Below, piece after piece: positions 26,278 to 32,451 of a stretch of DNA of 32,451 bases (positions within the stretch are counted from its first letter, which is position 1; each line of letters starts with the position of its first letter). The notes under the pieces are model-generated. The model did not search any database, was not told the DNA's origin, and saw only the letters and a program-made list of their open reading frames with translations. The translations under genes and the position numbers were made by a program. The stretch is from the NCBI GenBank assembly GCA_017413585.1, contig JAFPSY010000011.1:1-32451 (forward strand), given 5' to 3'. Source of the DNA: Acholeplasmatales bacterium. GTDB taxonomy: Bacteria; Bacillota_I; Bacilli_A; Acholeplasmatales; Anaeroplasmataceae.

Positions 26278-27498
26278 TTAGTATTTTAATAAAGCGTAAA
26301 GCTTTTTACCTCTTCTTAGGACAATATATCTACCTTCGATAGCCTTATCCTTAGAAATGGTTGCTGCCTCATCTGAAACCTTTTCCCCATTCACTAATAC
26401 CGCACCATTACGAATGAATTCTCTAGCCTCTCTTTTTGATTTTGCTAAATCACATTCGATTAATGCCTCAGCTAAGGTATAATCCTTACCCATAACTAGA
26501 GGTAGGTCATTTTCTGTCATTTGGATTTCATCTGCAGTAAGCTCATTTACCTTACCGGAGAATAATGCCTCACTAATCTTTACTGCCTCATTGTATGCCT
26601 CTTCACCATGTAAGAAGGTAATTACCTCATGTGCAAGTGCCTTATGTGCTTCTCTTAGGTGAGGTGCAACCTTATTCTTTTCCTCTAATTCCATAATTTC
26701 TTCCTTAGATAGGAACGTTAAGAACTTTAAGTAATCAATAACCTTGGAATCCTCACTATTGATGAAGAATTGGTACATCTCATATGGACTTGTCTTCTTT
26801 GCATCAAGCCATACTGCCTTACCATTGGTCTTACCAAATTTTGTACCATCCGCCTTAGTTAAAAGTGGCATAGTGAAGCCATATACCTCTTTGCCCTCTT
26901 TCTTTCTTGTAAGCTCGATACCTGCAGTAATATTACCCCACTGATCCTGTCCTGCAACCTCAAGTGTAACATTCTTAGTCTTATTTAAATACCAGAAATC
27001 AAGTGCCTGTAAAATCATATAAGAGAATTCGGTAAATGTGATACCTTCAGCTAATCTTCTAGCTACAATATCCTTATTTAGCATATAGTTTACATTAAAG
27101 AATTTACCATAATCTCTTAAGAAATCTAAGACATTAATATCCTTAATCCAATCGTAGTTATTTACAACCTCAAAGCCAAAGATCTTTTCAGCCTGAGCCT
27201 TAAGGCAATTGAAGTTATGTAAAACCTCTTCCTTTGTGATCATAGGACGCTCTGCATCTGGCTTTGGATCTCCAATTAATCCTGTTGCACCACCAACAAG
27301 TAAAATTGGATGATGTCCTGCATCCTTTAATCTTTTTGAAATTAAAAAGCTAGAGAAATGCCCTATATGTAAGGAATCTCCAGTTGGATCGGTTCCAATA
27401 TAGAAGGTAAGTCCTCCTGCATTTAATTTCTCTTTCAATGATGGATCAGATACATCCTTAATTAATCCTCTCCACTCTAATTCTTCATAAATACCCAT
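26278..27498 (-). CDS. tyrS: Tyrosine--tRNA ligase
   Basis: YIGTDPTGDSLHIGH, YMILQALD, DQWGNI, KFGKT, C-terminal S4 domain with RRGKK. Confidence 0.97.
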   Translation of the reverse strand: MGIYEELEWRGLIKDVSDPSLKEKLNAGGLTFYIGTDPTGDSLHIGHFSSFLISKRLKDAGHHPILLVGGATGLIGDPKPDAERPMITKEEVLHNFNCLKAQAEKIFGFEVVNNYDWIKDINVLDFLRDYGKFFNVNYMLNKDIVARRLAEGITFTEFSYMILQALDFWYLNKTKNVTLEVAGQDQWGNITAGIELTRKKEGKEVYGFTMPLLTKADGTKFGKTNGKAVWLDAKKTSPYEMYQFFINSEDSKVIDYLKFLTFLSKEEIMELEEKNKVAPHLREAHKALAHEVITFLHGEEAYNEAVKISEALFSGKVNELTADEIQMTENDLPLVMGKDYTLAEALIECDLAKSKREAREFIRNGAVLVNGEKVSDEAATISKDKAIEGRYIVLRRGKKLYALLKY

Positions 27499-27520
27499 AA
27501 ATAATTCCTCCTTTAAAATT

Positions 27521-27703
27521 AAAAAAACGCCCTTAGATTACTCTAAGGACGAATATTTCGCGGTACCACCTTAGTTCCATACATACGTATGGCACTCATT
27601 AAATTCCCTCCAGAATGTAATTCAATTTAAATTTTGTACTCATTTCCACCAACCATGAGCTCTCTATAGCTTAAAAATTTAAATCTACTTCTTTTCCTTC
27701 ATC
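27521..27703 (-). promoter_or_regulatory. T-box riboswitch, Tyr specifier
   Basis: AGAGA and GGUG boxes, specifier GAAU-UAC (27619-27617), T-box AAGGUGGUACCGCG, terminator CGUCCUUAG..CUAAGGGCG followed by U7. Confidence 0.93.
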
Positions 27704-27707
27704 AGGC

Positions 27708-28706
27708 TTATTCTTTTGTTGTTTCTCTTTCTACGATTCTATAAGGTAATAATACCTTAGATTCTTGAATTTCCTCATGCTTCATGAACTTAGTTAAAAG
27801 TCTCATAGAAACAGCTCCTATATCATACACCGGAGTATCCACGCATGTCAAGTTAGGTCTTGAAAGAATTGCATATTTTGTGTTTTGTAATCCTACAACC
27901 TCACAATCCTCAGGAATCTTAAAGCCTGCCTTAATCATAACATTCATAAAGGAAACTGCAATAGAATCACGTACTGCAATTAATGCTTCAATGTTATTGT
28001 GCTTAATAAATTCCTGGAAGTGTAATGTATTGATAGATACATCACCAGATGTACGGAATACTAAAGGCTCAAGTCCTGCATCCTGCATAGCCTTTGTATA
28101 ACCTGCAATCTTATGGAAATTAACAGAATATCTTCTTACTGTAGTTGCAAGATAAATATTCTTTTTGCCCTTATCAATTAATTCCTTTGTAATATCATAT
28201 GTTGCATTCTCATAATCGATACCTACAGCAGGAATATCCTTTTCATCATACATTGCATTACATAAAACAACTGGAATTTGTGCATCTTGAATTAAGCTCA
28301 TGCACATTTCCATTTGGGATGGCTCTAGCTCATCATTTAAAAATAAGATACCATCAACCTGCTCTGCAACTACCTGACGAATTGTTTCTTTAATATCGTC
28401 ATTTTCTGCCATAGAGAATAATTTAATTGCATAATCATATTTTTTACTGATATCAATAATACCACCTAGTAGCTGTGCTGTTGCAGCTCTGGAAACGTCT
28501 GCCATAACGATACCTACTGTGGTAGTTTTACGGCTCGCAAGACCTCTGGCGATGGCATTAGGACGGTATCCTAATTCCTTAATTACCTTTAATACCTTTT
28601 CTCTAGTCTCGGGATTTACTTTTTCAGGATTGTTCATGACACGGCTTACAGTTGCTAAAGATACTTTTGCTGCTCCAGCAACGTCATAAATTGTTGTATT
28701 TGCCAT
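27708..28706 (-). CDS. ccpA: Catabolite control protein A (LacI family)
   Basis: TIYDVA..VSLATVSRV, YRPNAIARGLASRKTTTVG, PVYDIGAVSMRLLTKFM. Confidence 0.9.
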   Translation of the reverse strand: MANTTIYDVAGAAKVSLATVSRVMNNPEKVNPETREKVLKVIKELGYRPNAIARGLASRKTTTVGIVMADVSRAATAQLLGGIIDISKKYDYAIKLFSMAENDDIKETIRQVVAEQVDGILFLNDELEPSQMEMCMSLIQDAQIPVVLCNAMYDEKDIPAVGIDYENATYDITKELIDKGKKNIYLATTVRRYSVNFHKIAGYTKAMQDAGLEPLVFRTSGDVSINTLHFQEFIKHNNIEALIAVRDSIAVSFMNVMIKAGFKIPEDCEVVGLQNTKYAILSRPNLTCVDTPVYDIGAVSMRLLTKFMKHEEIQESKVLLPYRIVERETTKE

Positions 28707-28740
28707 TTGATACTCACCTCACGCGATATATAGTAATTGT

Positions 28741-28769
28741 ATTATATCATAGTGAAAATTCATTTTCAA
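28741..28769 (-). promoter_or_regulatory. ccpA promoter
   Basis: TTGAAA, 17-nt spacer, TATAAT with extended TG. Confidence 0.78.
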
Positions 28770-28787
28770 TATTTCAAGCCTTCAAAA

Positions 28788-28801
28788 TGTAAGCGTTTTT
28801 T
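28788..28801 (+). promoter_or_regulatory. cre-like site upstream of ccpA
   Basis: TGTAAGCGTTTTTT matches the cre pattern TGWAANCGNTNWCA except for the last two bases. Confidence 0.5.
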
Positions 28802-28858
28802 GAAAAAATATGTAAATAACAATGTGATTTTAATGTAAAAAATGAAAGAGGACTAGAA

Positions 28859-29194
28859 TTAGTCCTCTAAAATCTCAAAACCATCATTTATAAGGATTCC
28901 TGCAATCGATTTTGTCGCAGACTTTTCAGCCGCAAAATCGAACTGTAAAACAGAGGTTTTTCCTCCTGCAGCAATAATTTCAACGGTAGTCTCAGTATCC
29001 CTTTTATCTGATATTACTGTAATAGAAAGATCAGAATCAATTCTATGATAATATCTTTCAAAAATTAATAAGGTTATAATTCCCCATTTTGTAGGAAATA
29101 CCTTTTTAAATACTCCAGAATCCGTTTCAACCTTTGCATCAATTAGCTTTTCAATATCTACAGCTTCTTCCTTACGTAAAACTAGCTTCTTCAT
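28859..29194 (-). CDS. Small hypothetical protein, DUF6054-like
   Basis: FERYYHRIDSDLSITV..IIAAGG pattern. Start ATG 29194 after a GGGGG RBS. Confidence 0.65.
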   Translation of the reverse strand: MKKLVLRKEEAVDIEKLIDAKVETDSGVFKKVFPTKWGIITLLIFERYYHRIDSDLSITVISDKRDTETTVEIIAAGGKTSVLQFDFAAEKSATKSIAGILINDGFEILED

Positions 29195-29230
29195 CTTTAC
29201 CCCCAATTAAAAAGAGCCATAGGCCCTTTT

Positions 29231-29845
29231 TTAAAAATCCTTTTCTAATAGCTTTGTCCAACCAGCATTATAGAAGAAATAAATGCTCTTCATATAATAG
29301 GTTGCCTGCTCCTTAGTATAATGCTTACGGAAAATTTCTGCAATAGCATCAAATAAGGCAACATTTAATAAATGTGTAACATCGGCAACAATTTGAGGAT
29401 TTTTAATTCCTTGCTTAGCACTATAAATATAGTTTACTGTATTCTCTGTTGCAACACCAATAAGCTTATCCATAAAATTCTCATATGGAGAACCAATACC
29501 CTTGTTAATAACTAAATCAAAGGAATCATAATTATCAAACATAGTATCAATAATAAACTTCATTGCAGATGTATTATATTGCTCTTCTTCACTTTGGATT
29601 TCAGCATTTTCACCAATGGAATATGCAGCATTAAAATTCTCAAATTTTTCAAATACACCATTTACTGCATCTCCTACGATATATTCAAATAATTCAGCCT
29701 TATCTCTAAATCTATTATATAAAGATCCTGTAGTTAAACCAGCCTTAGCTGAAATATTTCTCATAGAGGCATCAACATAACCTAATTCTAAAAATTCCTG
29801 CTTTGCAACTTCCGCAATTTTTACCTTAATTTCATCATCCTTCAT
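29231..29845 (-). CDS. TetR/AcrR-family regulator
   Basis: AKQEFLELGYVDASMRNISAKAGLTTGSLYNRFRDKAELF HTH. Confidence 0.93.
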   Translation of the reverse strand: MKDDEIKVKIAEVAKQEFLELGYVDASMRNISAKAGLTTGSLYNRFRDKAELFEYIVGDAVNGVFEKFENFNAAYSIGENAEIQSEEEQYNTSAMKFIIDTMFDNYDSFDLVINKGIGSPYENFMDKLIGVATENTVNYIYSAKQGIKNPQIVADVTHLLNVALFDAIAEIFRKHYTKEQATYYMKSIYFFYNAGWTKLLEKDF

Positions 29846-29887
29846 ACTTTTTTCCTCTTCTTTCTTTCATTTTGTTTTTTCTACTTC

Positions 29888-29928
29888 AATAACAAGGTTA
29901 TTATAACATACTATTCGAATAAAATCAA
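29888..29928 (-). promoter_or_regulatory. TetR promoter with overlapping palindromic operator
   Basis: TTGATT, 17-nt spacer, TATAAT; AATAAC-AAG-GTTATT (29888-29902) overlaps the -10/TSS. Confidence 0.65.
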
Positions 29929-30108
29929 TATATGCCTAATATGGCTTTACAAATTGACTGTTTTTTGTAATAATAACCAATTTAAATCTTCACTGCACTC
30001 CCAAAATGATAGTCAGACTATCACATCTTGGGAATATTATATTACAGTGTTTTATAACAATTGTCAATACAGTTGTTATTCTTTTTTATAATTTCCCACA
30101 ATTAAATG

Positions 30109-30138
30109 AAAAAAACTGCTAGAGTTTCCTCTAACAGT
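30109..30138 (-). terminator. Terminator after rplS
   Basis: ACTGTTAGAG-GAAA-CTCTAGCAGT followed by a T run. Confidence 0.85.
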
Positions 30139-30147
30139 CTTCCTTGA

Positions 30148-30504
30148 TTATCGACGTTCCTTAATACGAGCAGCCTTAGCTGATAATGTACGGATGTAAT
30201 TTAACTTAGCACGACGTACTTTACCTTTTCTAACTACTTCAATATGGTCAATAGATGGTGTATGAACAGGGAATGTACGCTCAACACCTACATTGTAAGA
30301 AATCTTTCTTACAGTGAATGTCTCAGAAATACCAGAACCCTGACGCTTAATAACTAAGCCTTCGAATACCTGGATACGATGAGTATCACCTTCGACAATC
30401 TTAACATATACCTTTACAGTATCACCAGCACGGAAGCTAGGACGATCCTGAAGATATTCAGCTGTAATCTCATTGATTAAAGCCTGACCCTTTGCATTTG
30501 CCAT
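30148..30504 (-). CDS. rplS: 50S ribosomal protein L19
   Basis: [41 protein letters not shown]. Start ATG 30504 (AAGGAG RBS). Confidence 0.98.
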   Translation of the reverse strand: MANAKGQALINEITAEYLQDRPSFRAGDTVKVYVKIVEGDTHRIQVFEGLVIKRQGSGISETFTVRKISYNVGVERTFPVHTPSIDHIEVVRKGKVRRAKLNYIRTLSAKAARIKERR

Positions 30505-30524
30505 AGTATATCTCCTTTTACTTA

Positions 30525-30569
30525 ACATGATTCATAGCCAATAAATCCCAATTGCCAGCGGAATGATGT
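30525..30569 (-). promoter_or_regulatory. L19 leader (autoregulatory RNA)
   Basis: ACAU-C-AUUC-CGCU-GGCAAU..AUUGGC-UAU-GAAU-C-AUGU hairpin with a CCGCUG motif, directly before the rplS RBS; promoter TTGCAA-16-TATAAT at 30623-30596. Confidence 0.65.
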
Positions 30570-30695
30570 GCTTTACTGCATAAAACAGCCCTTAAATTAT
30601 ACCATATTATTTTTGAATTGCAAGTATTATTTATTTTTTTTATTTTCCCAAAAATTAGTGTATAATTATCTCATGTACGAAAGGGGGATTATATT

Positions 30696-32451
30696 ATGGA
30701 AGGTAAAACTTTTGAATGCCCTAATTGTGGTGGTGTTGTATCCTATGATCCTAATACAGGAAAGCTTATATGCTCCTCTTGTAAAACAATATATAATTCG
30801 AAAGATTTGTTTAAATATAAAGAGGAGCTAAGTCCAAGTGAAGAGGATGAGTTATATTCTGATTTAGATAGCTTTCAAGAATATGTCTGTGAAGCCTGTG
30901 GTGCTAGCATCGTTGGTTCTAAGGAAATGGTTTCTACTACCTGCCCATATTGTGGCAACAATTTACTTTTTAAGGAATCTATGACAGGAAAATATAAGCC
31001 TAAGTACATACTTCCTATAAAAAGTACGAAAGAGGAAGCTAAACGTGCATTATTATATTATTTAAATACAAAAAGCTTTATACCAAGAGAATTAAAAAAG
31101 CAAATATCCAATTCTACTCTTACGCCAATATATATCCCTTTTTATCTTTTCAGTGGTGTTGTTGATTTTAAAGCAAGCCTACCTGATGGAAAAATAAATG
31201 AAGTTGCCGCAAGCAAATTCCATATATCTCCATTTAAATGTAGTCTTTTAGATATTACTGTAGAATTTAAAAACATGCCTATAGATGCCTTAAATGAAAT
31301 CGACAATGATACAATGGATTCTATTTGCTCCTATGAGGATATTGAGCTTATTCCTTTTACAACCTCTTATATGGCTGGCTATCTTTCTAAAAAGGCCAAT
31401 GATCGCTTAGATAATATGAAGGAAAGAGCGGAAAATAGACTTAAAGAAGGCTGTGAACAAAATTTTAGAGAAATACTCCATTGCAACCAAAAGGAAGGTA
31501 TTAGCATTTATGATTTCGAGATTTCCAATATGAGAAAAGTATACGCTCTTTTGCCATTTTGGATTATAAATACACCCTACAAAGGAAAAAATGTCCAATC
31601 TATCGTAAATGATCAAACAAAGGAAGCATATACTATAACTCCAATAGATAGCACAAAGCTTGCGCTTGCTTGCATTGCTGTTGCCATCCTCTTCTTCCTT
31701 CTATTCTATGGAGTTGGATATATGATTTATAGATCTATAGTAGCGGGTATAATCTTTGGTACAATCTTCTCTCCACTGGGACCAATTATTATATGCGAAG
31801 CAGAAAAGGGAAAGCCAAATCACGGTGTAAGGAAGCATATCTTTCTCGATGATGCTAAAGTAAGACCACAGGGTGAGAAAAAAGAAAAAGAGAAAAATGA
31901 TACCCCTATTATAGAAACCAAGCAAAAGGATTCTCTTCTTAATCAAATAATTCAATTCGAAAAGAAGCAAGAACAAAACGATGTCTTAATGAAAAAGGGT
32001 GCACTTAGTCCTGATGCCATTGATCAAAGACTTGCTGAATTCAAGCGTGAAAAAAAGAATCTTCAAGCTGCTTTAAATAGATTAAATGAAGATATTATCA
32101 TTCGCGCAAAGAATGAAATGAAGGATATGACTATTGGTCAAATCGATTTTGAGCTTGATCGAGTAAATGCCACATTTGAAAGACAAATGAACGAATTAAA
32201 AAGAAATCATGTTAGTGATGAATTCCTTAGTATTGAAATCAAGCATAAGGATTGGCTTATTCTACTATATAATGCACAATACCTATGGAACAATAAAAAT
32301 GCTTGTATTAATTCTTTAATTGCACAAAAAAAGAAAATCAATCAACTCGCATTACTAGCATCTAAGGGTGCTTTAGATTATGATGTTTTAGCTAAAGAAA
32401 AGAAAAAATATAACGCCAATGTAGTGGATGCTATAGATTCTTTAAAGGAAT
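30696..32451 (+). CDS. Double zinc-ribbon membrane protein with C-terminal coiled coil (partial, >585 aa; not in track)
   Basis: ATG 30696 after AAGGGGG, frame open to window end. CPNCG..CSSC, CEACG..CPYCG, IYIPFYLF, YMAGY, YALLPFW, two TM segments, then a long helical tail. Confidence 0.85.
   Translation, partial: MEGKTFECPNCGGVVSYDPNTGKLICSSCKTIYNSKDLFKYKEELSPSEEDELYSDLDSFQEYVCEACGASIVGSKEMVSTTCPYCGNNLLFKESMTGKYKPKYILPIKSTKEEAKRALLYYLNTKSFIPRELKKQISNSTLTPIYIPFYLFSGVVDFKASLPDGKINEVAASKFHISPFKCSLLDITVEFKNMPIDALNEIDNDTMDSICSYEDIELIPFTTSYMAGYLSKKANDRLDNMKERAENRLKEGCEQNFREILHCNQKEGISIYDFEISNMRKVYALLPFWIINTPYKGKNVQSIVNDQTKEAYTITPIDSTKLALACIAVAILFFLLFYGVGYMIYRSIVAGIIFGTIFSPLGPIIICEAEKGKPNHGVRKHIFLDDAKVRPQGEKKEKEKNDTPIIETKQKDSLLNQIIQFEKKQEQNDVLMKKGALSPDAIDQRLAEFKREKKNLQAALNRLNEDIIIRAKNEMKDMTIGQIDFELDRVNATFERQMNELKRNHVSDEFLSIEIKHKDWLILLYNAQYLWNNKNACINSLIAQKKKINQLALLASKGALDYDVLAKEKKKYNANVVDAIDSLKE

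Noticed and set aside
196-31976. Short track ORFs overlapping long genes (e.g. 196-522, 5576-5875, 10736-10996, 13824-14162, 27784-28101, 30568-30831, 31701-31976)
   Set aside because: They are antisense or off-frame shadows of well-supported genes, with no recognisable motifs.
1-32451. CRISPR array, integrase or transposase
   Set aside because: I saw no regularly spaced repeats or such ORFs, despite the WYL gene.

Overview
Low-GC bacterial chromosome segment using genetic code 11 (TGA acts as a stop). The T-box, CcpA/cre sites and L19 leader point to Bacillota or a code-11 mollicute such as Acholeplasmatales/Anaeroplasmatales; the taxonomy is inference. The left half (1-16614, minus strand) is one tightly packed cluster of at least 12 genes that looks like a bacterial ESCRT-like system. 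In order: Zn-ribbon trypsin-like protease, SPFH-like/Zn-ribbon protein, a 299-aa helical protein, a Snf7/ESCRT-III-like protein, a MIT-like/CbbX-SpoVK AAA+ ATPase, a Did2/Vps2-like ESCRT-III-like protein, two MIT-like/Vps4-like AAA+ ATPases, a coiled-coil/beta-propeller-like protein, a SNF2 helicase, a large multi-zinc-finger protein (probably with an ATC/ATT start), and a multi-TM LRR/Ig surface protein that runs off the window. Upstream lie a sigma70-type promoter with palindromic candidate operators, a yybP-ykoY (Mn2+) riboswitch with its own promoter and terminator, and a divergent WYL-domain gene next to tRNA-Arg and tRNA-Asp. The right half is mostly housekeeping: cvfB-like, citrate synthase, aconitase, isocitrate dehydrogenase, T-box-tyrS, ccpA, TetR and rplS with an L19 leader. 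It also holds a candidate cre-controlled sRNA, a 50-aa ORF missing from the track and a Zn-ribbon membrane protein running off the right edge. All family assignments come from motif reading by eye; no database search was run.
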